DNA from: an uncultured Actinomycetota bacterium
Lineage (GTDB): Bacteria > Actinomycetota > Actinomycetes > Mycobacteriales > Mycobacteriaceae
Assembly: GCA_963799495.1 (NCBI GenBank)
Contig: CAWCXH010000004.1
Coordinates: forward strand, 67,232-131,231
Reading direction: 5' to 3'
DNA: 64,000 nucleotides
Of this stretch, positions 1 to 10,975 are shown piece after piece. How positions within the stretch are numbered: position 1 is the stretch's first letter; each line of letters starts with the position of its first letter. Made by a program: the position numbers and the translations under genes. The notes below the pieces were generated by a model that was not told the DNA's origin, ran no database searches, and saw only the letters and a list, made by a program, of their open reading frames with translations.

Positions 1-2
1 CC

Positions 3-1274
3 GCCGCCGCGGACCGCAGACGCGCGGCCGGGGAACAACTTCCGCTGCTCGGTATCCCGATCGCGGTCAAGGACGACGTCGACGTCGCCGGCGTTCCCAC
101 GAATTTCGGCGCGGCGGGCAACATCCGGCCCGCCACCGCCGATTCCGAAGTCGTGCGCCGGCTGCGCGCGGCCGGCGCGGTCATCGTCGGCAAGACGAAC
201 ACCTGCGAGTTGGGTCAGTGGCCGTTCACCAGCGGACCGGCCTTCGGCCACACCTTCAACCCATGGTCACGCAAGCACACCCCGGGCGGGTCGTCGGGTG
301 GCAGCGCAGCGGCGGTGGCCGCCGGGCTGGTGACCGCGGCGATCGGCTCCGACGGCGCGGGCAGCGTCCGGATTCCCGCGGCCTGGACGCACCTGGTCGG
401 CATCAAGCCGCAGCGCGGGCGCATCTCCACCTGGCCGCTGCCCGAGGCGTTCAACGGCATCACGGTCAACGGGGTGCTGGCACGCACGGTCACCGATGCG
501 GCGCTGGTGCTGGACGCCGCATCGGGAAATGCCGACGGCGATCTGCACACTCCGCCTCCGGTGCGGGTGTCGGAGTATGTCGGCCGCGCACCCGGGCCGC
601 TGAAGATCGCGATGTCGACCAAGTTCCCGATGACGGTGTTCCGGGCCAGGCTGCATCCGGAGATCCGCGCCGCGATGAACACCGTCGCCGGTCAGCTCGA
701 GGAGCTGGGCCACACGATCTCCGAGGCCGACCCCAGCTACGGCCTGCGGATGTCGTGGAGCTTTCTGTCCCGGTCGACATCGGGCCTGCTGGACTGGGCC
801 GACCGGCTCGGCCACGACGTCACCCTGGACAAGCGCACCGTGACCAACATGCGGATGGGTCGGCTGCTGTCGGAGAGCGTGCTGCGGAAGGCCCGCGCCC
901 ACGAGGCCGACAGCCAGCGCCGGGTCGGATGGATCTTCAATCTCGTCGACGTGGTGCTGGCGCCGACCACCGCGCAGCCGCCGCCGCCGCCGGCGCACGA
1001 TTTCGATCACCGCGGCGGCCTGTCGACCGACCGCGCGATGATCCGTGCCTGCCCGGTGACGTGGCCGTGGAACCTGCTGGGCTGGCCAGCGATCAACGTC
1101 CCGGCGGGTTTCACCTCCGCCGGTCTTCCGATCGGCGTTCAGCTGATGGGCCCGGCCAACAGCGAACCACTGCTGATCTCGCTGGCCGCCGAGCTGGAGG
1201 CGATCAACGGGTGGGCGGCCCAGCAGCCAGCGATCTGGTGGAACACGCCGGTCAAGGAGCCGGTAGCGGACTAG
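3..1274 (+). CDS. Amidase (amidase-signature family, AmiA2/Rv2363-like), 5' end outside window
   Basis: Frame open from base 3: IAVKDD catalytic Lys, GGSSGGSAAAVAAG and GSDGAGSVRIPA signature motifs. Confidence 0.92.
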   Translation, partial: AAADRRRAAGEQLPLLGIPIAVKDDVDVAGVPTNFGAAGNIRPATADSEVVRRLRAAGAVIVGKTNTCELGQWPFTSGPAFGHTFNPWSRKHTPGGSSGGSAAAVAAGLVTAAIGSDGAGSVRIPAAWTHLVGIKPQRGRISTWPLPEAFNGITVNGVLARTVTDAALVLDAASGNADGDLHTPPPVRVSEYVGRAPGPLKIAMSTKFPMTVFRARLHPEIRAAMNTVAGQLEELGHTISEADPSYGLRMSWSFLSRSTSGLLDWADRLGHDVTLDKRTVTNMRMGRLLSESVLRKARAHEADSQRRVGWIFNLVDVVLAPTTAQPPPPPAHDFDHRGGLSTDRAMIRACPVTWPWNLLGWPAINVPAGFTSAGLPIGVQLMGPANSEPLLISLAAELEAINGWAAQQPAIWWNTPVKEPVAD

Positions 1275-1285
1275 AGTCGTCGACC

Positions 1286-1819
1286 ATGACCGTCAAAGCG
1301 GTACTCGCCCTGCTGTGCGCCGGCGGGGCGGTCATCGGAATGCCGGCCGCCAACGCCGACAACAGGCGGCTCAACGAGAGCGTCGTCGTCAACGTGTACA
1401 CCGTGCAACACAAGGCTGGCTGTACCACTGAGATCAAGATCAACCCCAAGCTTCGTCTTGCTGCCCAGTGGCACACCAACGACGTGCTGAACAACCGCGC
1501 GCTGGACGGTGATATCGGTTCGGACGGGTCGACGGTCGCCGATCGCGCGCGCAACGCCGGCTACGCCGGGGCCGTGGCCGAGACGGTGGCGATCAACCCG
1601 GCGCTGGCCATCAGCGGTGTCGAGTTGATCAACCAGTGGTACTTCCGGCCCGACTACTACGCGATTATGGCGGACTGCTCCAACATCGACATCGGTGTGT
1701 GGTCGGAGAGCGTGCTCGACCGCACCGTCGTGGTCGCGGTCTACGGCAAGGGTGACGGCGCGCCGCAGGTTCCGTCGTCCATCCGGGACTTCGGCCAGGT
1801 TCCTGGGTGGACGCCCTAG
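1286..1819 (+). CDS. Secreted CAP/SCP-domain protein
   Basis: ATG at 1286, signal-peptide-like N-terminus, LRLAAQWHT..D, GDIGSDGS....RA..AGY, W.....IMADC...DIGV pattern typical of CAP domains. Confidence 0.7.
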   Translation: MTVKAVLALLCAGGAVIGMPAANADNRRLNESVVVNVYTVQHKAGCTTEIKINPKLRLAAQWHTNDVLNNRALDGDIGSDGSTVADRARNAGYAGAVAETVAINPALAISGVELINQWYFRPDYYAIMADCSNIDIGVWSESVLDRTVVVAVYGKGDGAPQVPSSIRDFGQVPGWTP

Positions 1820-1840
1820 CCCGTTAGTCCGACCCTTTGA

Positions 1841-2740
1841 CTAAAAGCCAAGCCGACCAAGCTGCTTGGGGTCGCGCTGCCAGTTCTTGGCGATCTTGAC
1901 ATGCAGGTCGAGGTACACCTTGGTGCCGAGCAGCTTCTCGATCTGGGTGCGCGCCGCGGTTCCCACCTCACGCAGCCTGGCGCCGCCCTTGCCGATGACG
2001 ATGCCCTTCTGGCTGGGCCGTTCGACGAACAGGTTGGCGTGTACGTCGATCAGATCGTCGCGGCCTTCCCGCGGGCTGACCTCCTCGATGACCACGGCCA
2101 ACGAGTGCGGTAACTCATCGCGCACGCCTTCCAGTGCGGCCTCGCGGATCAGCTCGGCCATCAGCACTTCCTCGGGCTCGTCGGTGAGCTCGCCGTCCGG
2201 GTAGAACGCCGGGCCGGGTGGCAGCTGGGCGGCCAGCACATCGATCAGGACGTCGACGTTGTCGCCGGTGGTCGCCGACACCGGGACGATCTCGATGTCC
2301 GGCCCGACCAGCTCGCTGACCGCCACCAGTTGAGCGGCGACGCGATCCTTGGGCACCTTGTCGATCTTGGTGACGACCGCCACCGCCGTGGTGTTGGGGG
2401 CCACGGTGCGAATCTGGTGGACGATCCACCGGTCCCCCGGCCCGATGGCCTCGTCGGCCGGGATGCACAGCCCGATGATGTCAACCTCGGAGTAGGTGTC
2501 CTTGACGAGATCGTTGAGCCGCTGGCCCAGTAGGGTGCGGGGGCGGTGCAGCCCTGGGGTGTCGACGAGGATGATCTGAAAGTCGTCGCGGTGCACGATG
2601 CCGCGGATGGTGTGGCGGGTGGTCTGCGGGCGGCTGGACGTGATCGCCACTTTCGCACCGACCAGCGCGTTGGTCAGCGTCGACTTGCCGGTGTTCGGCC
2701 TGCCGACGAAACAGACGAAGCCCGAGCGGAATTCACCCAT
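1841..2740 (-). CDS. era: GTPase Era
   Basis: GRPNTGKST, QTTRH, DTPG, TKID motifs and C-terminal KH domain (SQKGIVIGKGG). Confidence 0.97.
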   Translation of the reverse strand: MGEFRSGFVCFVGRPNTGKSTLTNALVGAKVAITSSRPQTTRHTIRGIVHRDDFQIILVDTPGLHRPRTLLGQRLNDLVKDTYSEVDIIGLCIPADEAIGPGDRWIVHQIRTVAPNTTAVAVVTKIDKVPKDRVAAQLVAVSELVGPDIEIVPVSATTGDNVDVLIDVLAAQLPPGPAFYPDGELTDEPEEVLMAELIREAALEGVRDELPHSLAVVIEEVSPREGRDDLIDVHANLFVERPSQKGIVIGKGGARLREVGTAARTQIEKLLGTKVYLDLHVKIAKNWQRDPKQLGRLGF

Positions 2741-2800
2741 GGCTGACTCTCGCCGAACGTGCAATCACCGCGAAATTTCGGCCGATTTTTCGCAGTGGCT

Positions 2801-3118
2801 TCACGTTGGGTGTCCCGCGCGGTCGGTGACGACGATCTTGGCTTCACTCGAAAGCTCCTGCACCGCGGCCACACCGGCGTCGTCGGACGACCCGCCGACC
2901 AGCACCGCGGCCTCCAGGTCGGTCGCGCCGCTGGACACGGCGGCGGCCACCGCGGCCTGCAACGCGGTCAACCGCAGCGCTTCAAGCCCAACGGGCGCAC
3001 CTGCGTAGGTGCGTCCGTCGAGATCGCGCACCGCGGCCCCGCTGGCCGTCTCGGCCCGCGCCATCGCGCCGCGGGCCAGCACCACCAGCTTGGCGTCCTC
3101 GGCGTCAAGTTCAGTCAT
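2801..3118 (-). CDS. Cytidine deaminase-like small protein (Rv2365c-like)
   Basis: [28 protein letters not shown]; conserved position between the hemolysin-like gene and era. Confidence 0.8.
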   Translation of the reverse strand: MTELDAEDAKLVVLARGAMARAETASGAAVRDLDGRTYAGAPVGLEALRLTALQAAVAAAVSSGATDLEAAVLVGGSSDDAGVAAVQELSSEAKIVVTDRAGHPT

Positions 3119-4397
3119 CGTGGTCCTTCCGCTCGGTCGGGCTGACCAGGACGGTGCCGATCCGCACTCGGCCGCGATGGTCGGGCCCGCCTTCGGCACG
3201 CAGCCGCAACCCGTCCCAGGTCACCTCGGCGCCCGGCAACGGCACGCGGCCCAGCTCGAAGGCGACCAGTCCGCCGACCGTGTCGACGTCGAGGTCCTCG
3301 TCGAACTCGATGTCGTACAGCTCGCCGAGGTCCTCGATGGATAACCGCGCGGACACCCGAAACTGCTTGTCGCCCAAATCTTCCACGGGCACCACCTCGT
3401 CGGCGTCGTACTCGTCGACGATCTCGCCGACGATCTCCTCCAGCACGTCCTCAATGGTCACCAGGCCCGCGATGGCGCCGTACTCGTCGACCAGCAGCGC
3501 CATGTGGTTGCGGTTGCGCTGCATCTCGCGCAACAGCGCGTCCAGCGGCTTGGAGTCCGGCACGAACACTGCCGGGCGCATGACCTCGGACACCGTCGTG
3601 TCGCGCCCGCCGGTGGTGGAGTAGTACGTCTGCTGGACAAGGTCTTTGAGGTAGACCACGCCGACGACGTCGTCGACGTTCTCACCGATGACCGGGATGC
3701 GGGAATGCCCGCTGCGAACCGCCAATGACGTCGCTTGCCCTGCGGTCTTGTCGCTTTCGATCCACACCATCTCGGTGCGCGGCACCATCACCTCACGGGC
3801 CGGGGTGTCGCCCAGTTCGAACACCGACTGGATCATCCGGCGCTCGTCGTCGGCGACCACGCCGCGCTGCTGGGCCAGGTCGACGACCTCCCGAAGCTCG
3901 ATCTCCGACGCGAACGGGCCGTTGCGGAAACCGCGACCGGGTGTCAGCGCGTTGCCGAGCAGAATCAGCAGCCGGCTGATCGGGGTGAGCAGCACCGAAA
4001 TCGCCTGCAGCGGCAAGGCCGTCACCAGCGCGATCGAGTAGGCATGCTGACGGCCGAGGGTGCGCGGGCCGACGCCGATCGCCACGAAGCTGATCACCAC
4101 CATAATGGCGGCAGCGGCGAACAACCCCCAGTTCCGGGGCAGATCCTCGTACAGGTAGGCCACCAGCAGTACCGTCGCCGCCGTCTCACAGGTGATCCGC
4201 AGCAGCACAATCAGATTGACGTACCGCGGCCGCTCGGCCATCACCCGGGCCAGCCGCACGGCACCGGGGCGCTCGTCGCGCACCAACTCTTCGACCCGGG
4301 CCATGGATACGGTGCTGATGGCGGCGTCGATCGCCGCGAACAGACCGCCGCAACCGATGAGCGCGATCGCGCCGAGCAGTGGGGCGATACCGGTCAC
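3111..4397 (-). CDS. Hemolysin-family CNNM/CBS/CorC membrane protein (Rv2366c-like)
   Basis: Hydrophobic N-terminus, [46 protein letters not shown]; GTG overlaps the ybeY stop. Confidence 0.92.
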   Translation of the reverse strand: MTGIAPLLGAIALIGCGGLFAAIDAAISTVSMARVEELVRDERPGAVRLARVMAERPRYVNLIVLLRITCETAATVLLVAYLYEDLPRNWGLFAAAAIMVVISFVAIGVGPRTLGRQHAYSIALVTALPLQAISVLLTPISRLLILLGNALTPGRGFRNGPFASEIELREVVDLAQQRGVVADDERRMIQSVFELGDTPAREVMVPRTEMVWIESDKTAGQATSLAVRSGHSRIPVIGENVDDVVGVVYLKDLVQQTYYSTTGGRDTTVSEVMRPAVFVPDSKPLDALLREMQRNRNHMALLVDEYGAIAGLVTIEDVLEEIVGEIVDEYDADEVVPVEDLGDKQFRVSARLSIEDLGELYDIEFDEDLDVDTVGGLVAFELGRVPLPGAEVTWDGLRLRAEGGPDHRGRVRIGTVLVSPTERKDHDD

Positions 4398-4930
4398 GGC
4401 TCGTCGAAGTGTCGCGACTTGTCCAGCAGGCGCCGATCCTTCTCGGTCTGGCGGTCCTGGTGGTATGCCTCGACCTGTTCGGCCACCCACTCCTCGAGCA
4501 GTTGACGCTGCAGGGCGAACATCTCTTTTTCCTCATCCGGCTCGGCGTGGTCGTAGCCGAGCAGGTGCAGCACACCGTGCACGGTCAGCATCGCGAGTTC
4601 CTGGCCCAGCGAGTGTCCGGCCACGGCGGCCTGCTCGGCGGCGAACTCGGGGCACAACACGATGTCGCCGAGCATCGACGGTCCCGGCTCGGGCGCGTCC
4701 GGCCGGCCGCCCGGTTCGAGTTCGTCCATCGGGAAGCTCATCACGTCGGTCGGACCGGGCAGATCCATCCAGCGCATGTGCAGGTCGGCCATCGCCGCGG
4801 TGTCGAGCAGCACCATCGAAAGTTCCGCCGCGGGATGCACTTTCATCTTCGCGATGACGAATCGGGCGACGCTGACGAGTTCGGACTCGGAGACGTCGAT
4901 GCCCGACTCGTTGGACACCTCAATGCTCAT
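4394..4930 (-). CDS. ybeY: rRNA maturation endoribonuclease YbeY
   Basis: [25 protein letters not shown] (H3XH5XH). Confidence 0.96.
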   Translation of the reverse strand: MSIEVSNESGIDVSESELVSVARFVIAKMKVHPAAELSMVLLDTAAMADLHMRWMDLPGPTDVMSFPMDELEPGGRPDAPEPGPSMLGDIVLCPEFAAEQAAVAGHSLGQELAMLTVHGVLHLLGYDHAEPDEEKEMFALQRQLLEEWVAEQVEAYHQDRQTEKDRRLLDKSRHFDEP

Positions 4931-4942
4931 GATCTGGCCACG

Positions 4943-7063
4943 CTACCGTCGGGGACGGCTGCCGGTGGCGCGCCGTTGCGCCCGGTTCATCAGTCCGGGC
5001 TCCTCCGCCTTTTCGTAAGCGTCCACGATGTCGGAAACCAGCCGATGCCGCACGACGTCTGCACTGGTGAGTTCGGAGACGTGGATGTCGTCGATGCCGT
5101 CGAGAATCTGCACCGCCGCACGCAGGCCCGAGGTCGCGCCGCCGGGTAGATCCACCTGCGTGACGTCGCCGGTGACGACGATCTTCGAGCCGAAGCCGAG
5201 TCGGGTGAGGAACATCTTCATCTGCTCGGCGGTGGTGTTCTGCGCCTCGTCGAGGATGATGAACGCGTCGTTGAGGGTGTTGTGCGTGAGCAGGAAATCC
5301 TCTGTGACATACAGCGAGTCCGCAGCCGCCACCTGGATACACACCGCTTCCTCGGTACCCGCGGGCTCGATGCGGTCGATATAACGCCTCGGCTGACCGC
5401 CGCCGGTCGCGCTGTACTTCGCGGCCTTGCGGGCGAGCCGGAACGGGACAACGCCCTCCGGCAGTCGGATGTCGAGGATGTTTGCGTCCGATCGGTGATA
5501 GACCTCTCGGCCACGCGCCGGTCCCGGTTTCCACCCCTCCGCCTTCCTGGTGCGCAGGTATACGACACCGCCAAGGGACTGGACCAGGAACACCACGCCG
5601 TCACGCAGTCGATCAGAGACGGTCGTGAACTGGATGCGGCACGTCCGGCCCTGTTGCGCAACCGGTCCACCATCGGAGTCGAGGAGACCCTGCAGGACTG
5701 CCAGCCGGACATCCGCCGAATTGAGGAGATACACCTCGGGGATGAATCTTGTTCTCGACTTGGTGCCTGACAACCCGAGCCGGCGCATTACACCGGTGAC
5801 CGGGTTTTCGATCGTGATGACTTCACCGGGACACGTGACCCGGTTGAGCACGTAGTCCACCTCGGCCTTCCGTCGGACCTCGATGCCAGGAATCAGCCGT
5901 TCGAGGGATTCGGCCAGTTCAGAATCGGTTGTCGCGAAACTCGGTGTGGCTCGGCGTGAAAAACATCCATCGCCCAGCAGCAGACCGAGCGCGTAGGGAT
6001 CCAGAGGCACCGACCGTGTTTGGACACTCACTGGTGCGCTGAGCAGCGGCAACTCGTAGCGGTGGTAGTGCGCCGCGCGGAGGTTGCCAATCATTTCTTT
6101 TGTCTGGAGCACACGCGCCGGCTTCCCACGACGCCGATCAGCGCGGGTGTATACCGACCAGAGGTGGTCACCGGACGCCAGCGTCGACGAGCCGTCCTGC
6201 GTGTGGACCCGATAGATCTCCTTGAATCCCTGAGGATAGACACCCAGGACTTCTGTCGGATGTCCATCCGAGCCGATGACGAAATCCCCGACCCGCAGTG
6301 CACCGATGGGCCGGAAACCGTCGGGGGTCAACACCTTCGTGAACACAGGTTGCGCCCGTCCGCGCATATACGCCAGCGGCGCAACCTCGATTACCCCGGC
6401 GCTCATCAGTTTTGGGATCAGCTCGGGGTCCATCATGTCGTGCAGCGCGTCGTACAGCGGCCGCAGATACGGATCGATCTTCTCGCTCAGCGTGCCGGGC
6501 AGAAAGCCAAGGCGCTCACCGGCTTCCACCGCCGGCCTGGTGAGGATGATCCGGGTGACCTGCTTGGTCTGTAACGCGTTGACGGCCTTGGCCATTGCCA
6601 GGTACGTCTTGCCGGTGCCGGCCGGCCCGATGCTGAAGACGATGGTGTGGGCGTCGATGGCGTCGACGTAGCGTTTCTGGTTGAGTGTCTTGGGCCGGAT
6701 CGTCTTGCCGCGCCGCGACAAAATGTCCAGCGTGAGCACCTCGGCGGGTGACTCGCCCTCGGTGCCGGTCAGCATGGCGACGCTGTGGCGCACCACTTCC
6801 GGGGTCAGCGGTTGACCGTTGGCCACGATCGCGATGAGTTCGGAAACGACTCGTTCGGCCAGTGCGACATCGGCCGGCTCGCCGGACAGGGTCAGCGCGT
6901 TGCCGCGCACATGCAGATCGGCGGCCAGGGTGCGCTCGAGAGCACGCAGATTCTCGTCGGCGGAACCCAGCAGGCCCATGACGAGGTCGGGCGGAACATT
7001 GATGCTGCTGCGGACCAGCGATGTCGCGGCCGACGAGTCAGCGTTTGTCTCGCGGGGCGTCAC
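4943..7063 (-). CDS. phoH: PhoH family ATPase precursor containing an intein (347 aa after splicing)
   Basis: GPAGTGKTY Walker [16 protein letters not shown], then MRGR/[intein]/[14 protein letters not shown]; 706 aa total minus the 359-aa insert. Confidence 0.95.
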   Translation of the reverse strand: MTPRETNADSSAATSLVRSSINVPPDLVMGLLGSADENLRALERTLAADLHVRGNALTLSGEPADVALAERVVSELIAIVANGQPLTPEVVRHSVAMLTGTEGESPAEVLTLDILSRRGKTIRPKTLNQKRYVDAIDAHTIVFSIGPAGTGKTYLAMAKAVNALQTKQVTRIILTRPAVEAGERLGFLPGTLSEKIDPYLRPLYDALHDMMDPELIPKLMSAGVIEVAPLAYMRGRAQPVFTKVLTPDGFRPIGALRVGDFVIGSDGHPTEVLGVYPQGFKEIYRVHTQDGSSTLASGDHLWSVYTRADRRRGKPARVLQTKEMIGNLRAAHYHRYELPLLSAPVSVQTRSVPLDPYALGLLLGDGCFSRRATPSFATTDSELAESLERLIPGIEVRRKAEVDYVLNRVTCPGEVITIENPVTGVMRRLGLSGTKSRTRFIPEVYLLNSADVRLAVLQGLLDSDGGPVAQQGRTCRIQFTTVSDRLRDGVVFLVQSLGGVVYLRTRKAEGWKPGPARGREVYHRSDANILDIRLPEGVVPFRLARKAAKYSATGGGQPRRYIDRIEPAGTEEAVCIQVAAADSLYVTEDFLLTHNTLNDAFIILDEAQNTTAEQMKMFLTRLGFGSKIVVTGDVTQVDLPGGATSGLRAAVQILDGIDDIHVSELTSADVVRHRLVSDIVDAYEKAEEPGLMNRAQRRATGSRPRR
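5279..6355 (-). mobile_element. Intein (class 3 signature) with LAGLIDADG homing endonuclease in phoH
   Basis: Starts [13 protein letters not shown]; block B GDHLW; LAGLIDADG motifs [10 protein letters not shown] and [10 protein letters not shown]; block F AVCIQV; ends LLTHN before +1 Thr. Confidence 0.95.
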
Positions 7064-7152
7064 GTGGGGCTTCGTGCCTGCTTTCTGTGTTTCTGCCGGT
7101 AGGTTTACTGCGTTTTCTCAGTTTACCGCCGGGGTCCGTCACCGCCCAACGA

Positions 7153-7321
7153 TTAGCGCTGCAGGAGGGTGTTCGACGGCACCCCGCCCATCATTGTCGG
7201 GACATGGTTGACGAACGGTTCCGCGGTCATGGTCGCCATGGTTACGGTGACGTCCTTGGCGACGAACTCGTCGGCGACATGTTCGTCGAAAATCGCGCCG
7301 AGATCGTGCGTCCCCGCTCAC
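7153..7321 (-). pseudogene. Truncated NTF2/SnoaL-like (ester cyclase) gene remnant
   Basis: Removing one G from a G run gives MSGTHDLGAIFDEHVADEFVAKDV..TMATMTAEPFVNHVPTMMGGV, then an early stop. Confidence 0.6.
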
Positions 7322-7330
7322 TGCGTCGAG

Positions 7331-8113
7331 CTAGTCCCAGCGCGGCGTCAGGACGCCGAGTGCCCCGAGCGCGACGGCCGCGGCGGTCGAGGTCCGCAAC
7401 ACCGTCGGGCTCAACCGGACCGCAACGGCACCAGCATCGATGAGCGCCGCGATTTCGTCGCCGGCGATGCCGCCTTCCGGTCCGACGATCACCATCACCG
7501 AATCGGCTTGCGCCAGAGATAGTTTGGTGAGTCGCTCGGTGGCCGACTCATCCAATGCCAGCGCCACGGCGCCCGTCGCGACATCGTCGGCCACTCGTCG
7601 GGTCAACTCGGCCGTCGACACCACGCCGGTCACCGGCGGGATCTGCGCGCGCCGGGCCTGCCGGGCGGCCGAGCGCGCCACGGCCCGCCAGCGGCGCAGG
7701 CCCTTCTCGACGCGCGCCTGCCCGTCCCAGCGGGCCACGCAGCGCGATGCCTGCCAGGCCACAAAGCCGTCCGCCCCGGCCTCGGTGGCCAGTTCGATGG
7801 CCAGCTCGGAGCGATCCGACTTCGGCAGCGCCTGCACGACGGTGACGGCCGGAGCGGCGGGCGCGACGGTCGAGCGGCTCAACACCCGCGCCGTCAGCCG
7901 GCCCTTTCCGACGTCCTCGATGATGCAGTGCGCCAGCGTTCCGGCGCCGTCGCTCAGGTCGAGCTGCTCGCCGGGACGGATCCGGCGCACGGTAGCGGCG
8001 TGGAAGCCTTCCTCGCCGTCGACGACCGCTTGCTCACCGACCTCGGGCAATGCGTCGACATAGAACAGCGCGCGATGAGCGCTTGCGCGAAGAGCATCGG
8101 ACACAGCACTCAT
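7331..8113 (-). CDS. rsmE: 16S rRNA m3U1498 methyltransferase RsmE
   Basis: [46 protein letters not shown] motifs. Confidence 0.93.
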   Translation of the reverse strand: MSAVSDALRASAHRALFYVDALPEVGEQAVVDGEEGFHAATVRRIRPGEQLDLSDGAGTLAHCIIEDVGKGRLTARVLSRSTVAPAAPAVTVVQALPKSDRSELAIELATEAGADGFVAWQASRCVARWDGQARVEKGLRRWRAVARSAARQARRAQIPPVTGVVSTAELTRRVADDVATGAVALALDESATERLTKLSLAQADSVMVIVGPEGGIAGDEIAALIDAGAVAVRLSPTVLRTSTAAAVALGALGVLTPRWD

Positions 8114-8122
8114 TCCGCTGAA

Positions 8123-9262
8123 CTAGCGACCGGTGAAGGTTTCGCGCAGCCGGCTGAACAGCCCGCTGGCCGTCGACGTGTGGGTGGACCGCACCTCGGG
8201 CACCTCGCGGTTGCGGTGCTCCTTCAGCTTGCGCAACAGCTCGGTGTCCTGATGATCGAGCCGGGAGGGCACCACCACGTCGATATGCGCGTGCAGGTCG
8301 CCGCGCACCCCGGAGCGCAGATGTGGCATGCCGTGGCCGCGCAGCGTGGTGACCGATCCGGGCTGGGTGCCGGCCGGGATGGTGATCTCGGTCGGCCCGT
8401 CCATGATCGCGTCGACGGTGACCGTGGCGCCCAGTGCGGCGTCGAACATCGGCACCGAGATGGTGCAGTGCAGGTCGTCGCCGTCGCGGACGAAGATGTC
8501 GTGGGACTTCTCGTGAACCTCGACGTACAGGTCACCGGCCGGTCCGCCGCCGGGCCCGACCTCGCCCTGAGCGGCCAGCCGCACCCGCATGCCGTCGCCG
8601 ACGCCTGCGGGGATCTTGACGCTGATCTCCCGACGGGCACGGACCCGGCCGTCGCCGCCGCAGCGGTGACATGGGTCGGGGATGATCTCCCCCACGCCGC
8701 CGCAGACGGGACACGGCCGCGAGGTCATCACCTGCCCCAGCAGCGAGCGCTGCACGGTCTGGATCTCGCCGCGGCCACCGCAGGTGTCGCAGGTGATCGG
8801 GGTGGTGTTGGCGTGCGTGCCCTTGCCCTGGCACAGGTCGCACAGCACGGCGGTGTCGACCGTGACCTGCTTGGTTACCCCGGTGGCGCATTCGCCAAGG
8901 TCGAGGCGCAGCCGCAACAGAGAATCCGAGCCCGGCCGCACCCGCCCGATCGGCCCGCGGGATGCGGTCCCGCCGCCAAAGAACGCCTCGAACACGTCGC
9001 CCAGGCCGCCGAAGCCGCCGAAACCGTTACCGGCTGCCGCCGCATTCTCCAGCGGGTCGCCGCCGAGATCGACGATGCGGCGCCTCTCCGGGTCGCTGAG
9101 CACCTCGTAGGCGACGCTGATCTCCTTGAACCGCGCCTGGGCGGCCTCGTCGGGATTGACGTCGGGATGCAGCTCGCGCGCCAGCTTGCGGTAAGCGCGC
9201 TTGATCTCCGAATCACTCGCGCCCCTGCTCACCCCGAGCAGGGCGTAATAGTCGCGTGCCAC
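8123..9262 (-). CDS. dnaJ2: Chaperone DnaJ2
   Basis: J-domain HPD, four CxxCxGxG repeats; downstream of hrcA. Confidence 0.96.
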   Translation of the reverse strand: MARDYYALLGVSRGASDSEIKRAYRKLARELHPDVNPDEAAQARFKEISVAYEVLSDPERRRIVDLGGDPLENAAAAGNGFGGFGGLGDVFEAFFGGGTASRGPIGRVRPGSDSLLRLRLDLGECATGVTKQVTVDTAVLCDLCQGKGTHANTTPITCDTCGGRGEIQTVQRSLLGQVMTSRPCPVCGGVGEIIPDPCHRCGGDGRVRARREISVKIPAGVGDGMRVRLAAQGEVGPGGGPAGDLYVEVHEKSHDIFVRDGDDLHCTISVPMFDAALGATVTVDAIMDGPTEITIPAGTQPGSVTTLRGHGMPHLRSGVRGDLHAHIDVVVPSRLDHQDTELLRKLKEHRNREVPEVRSTHTSTASGLFSRLRETFTGR

Positions 9263-9300
9263 GCCTGACCTTTCCAACGCCTTATGCAGCTAGCCGGTAG

Positions 9301-10332
9301 CTATCGGCTGCCCAGAACTTCGCCTATATAGAGAGCAACCGCAGCGACATTAGCGATAGTTCCCGGATAGTCCATCCGGGTGGGTCCCAGCACACCCATG
9401 CCGCCGTATACCTTGCCCATACTGCCGTAAGCGGTGCTCACCACGGAGGTGCCCGCCATCTGCTCGGCCTCCGTCTCGTGCCCGATACGCACGGTGACCT
9501 TGCCGGCCTCCTGCTGCACGGCCAGCAGCCGCAGCACCACCACCTGTTCCTCGAGGGCCTCGAGGACCGAGCGCAGCGAACCGCCGAAATCCGCGGTGTT
9601 GCGGGTCAGGTTGGCGGTGCCGCCGAGCAGCAGGCGCTCCTCGCTGTGCTCGACCAGCGATTCCACCAGCACGGTGGCGGACCGGCCGATCGCGTCGCCG
9701 AGCCCGCCGCTGCCGTCGAGGTGCGCGGCCAGGTCGGCGACCGCGATCGACGCGGCGGCCAGCGGCTTGCCTTCCAGTGCCTGGCCGAGCAGGTCGCGAA
9801 GCTGCGCGAGCTGGTGATCGTCGATGGCGTCGCCGAGTTCGACGATGCGCTGGTCAACTCGGCCGGTGTCGGTGATCACCACCAGCAACAGCCGAGCCGG
9901 CGTCAGCGCCACGACCTCCAGATGCCGGACGCTCGACGTCGACAACGTCGGGTATTGCACGACCGCCACCTGCCGGGTCAGCTGCGCCAGCAACCGCACC
10001 GCGCGGCGCAGCACATCGTCGAGATCGACGCCGGACTCCAGGAACGCCAGGATCGCCCGGCGCTCCGAACTCGACAGCGGCTTGATGTCCTCGAGCCGGT
10101 CGACGAATTCGCGGTAGCCCTTCTCGGTGGGCACCCGGCCCGAGCTGGTGTGCGGCTGGGTGATGTAACCCTCGGCCTCCAGCACCGCCATGTCGTTGCG
10201 GACGGTCGCACTGGATACGCCCAGGTTGTGCCGCTCGACCAGCGTCTTGGAGCCGATCGGCTCCTTGGTCGAAACGAAGTCGGCCACGATGGCGCGCAGC
10301 ACCTCGAAGCGACGGTCGTCGGCACTACCCAT
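9301..10332 (-). CDS. hrcA: Heat-inducible transcription repressor HrcA
   Basis: [31 protein letters not shown]. Confidence 0.97.
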   Translation of the reverse strand: MGSADDRRFEVLRAIVADFVSTKEPIGSKTLVERHNLGVSSATVRNDMAVLEAEGYITQPHTSSGRVPTEKGYREFVDRLEDIKPLSSSERRAILAFLESGVDLDDVLRRAVRLLAQLTRQVAVVQYPTLSTSSVRHLEVVALTPARLLLVVITDTGRVDQRIVELGDAIDDHQLAQLRDLLGQALEGKPLAAASIAVADLAAHLDGSGGLGDAIGRSATVLVESLVEHSEERLLLGGTANLTRNTADFGGSLRSVLEALEEQVVVLRLLAVQQEAGKVTVRIGHETEAEQMAGTSVVSTAYGSMGKVYGGMGVLGPTRMDYPGTIANVAAVALYIGEVLGSR

Positions 10333-10483
10333 TGTTCACCTCCCAAGCGCCTCTATTTTACGGTCATCAGCAGGGGCGATACCGCGCAGCTGTTGTTCGC
10401 GTGGCGGACCGGCGGGTTGGGACTAGCCTTTCGTTCATGGTGAAGTCGACGCCAGGGGTGAAAACCCATCGGATTGGCGGCCG

Positions 10484-10798
10484 ATGATCTTCAAAGGCGT
10501 CCGCGAAGGCAAGCCATATCCCGACCACGGGCTTTCGTATCGGCAGTGGTCGCAGATACCGCCGCGGCAGATCCGCCTCGACGAGTTGGTGACGACGACG
10601 ACCGTGCTGGCGCTGGATCGCCTGCTGTCGGAGGACTCGACGTTCTACGGCGATTTGTTCCCGCACGCGGTGAAGTGGAAAGGCGTGGTCTACCTCGAGG
10701 ACGGGCTGCATCGCGCGGTGCGGGCAGCGTTGCGGAACCGGACCGTGCTGCACGCGCGGCTGTTCGACATGGACGTGCCGCTGTCGCAGCAGACGTAG
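10484..10798 (+). CDS. Conserved small protein (Rv2375-like) with ParB/Srx-like DGxHR motif
   Basis: YLEDGLHRAVRAA; divergent from hrcA as in other mycobacteria. Confidence 0.8.
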   Translation: MIFKGVREGKPYPDHGLSYRQWSQIPPRQIRLDELVTTTTVLALDRLLSEDSTFYGDLFPHAVKWKGVVYLEDGLHRAVRAALRNRTVLHARLFDMDVPLSQQT

Positions 10799-10829
10799 CG
10801 TTCGGGACCCCTACCACCCGCGAGATTGA

Positions 10830-10975
10830 TCACACGACCTGGTCGGCGTGCATCCTGGCGATGGTGTCCGCGTCGTAGCCAGGTCGACGAGGACATCGTC
10901 GGTGTGTTCGCCAAGTAGCGGCGCTCCGGTGACCTCGGGCGTGAAGTCGGAAAACTTGATCGGGCTGCCGACGGT
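10830..10975 (-). pseudogene. C-terminal remnant of a class III CoA-transferase (formyl-CoA transferase/CaiB-BaiF)
   Basis: [32 protein letters not shown], 1-nt frameshift, then [16 protein letters not shown]. Confidence 0.75.

Noticed and set aside
10332-10484. Search for a CIRCE operator upstream of hrcA
   Set aside because: No TTAGCACTC-N9-GAGTGCTAA-like sequence found
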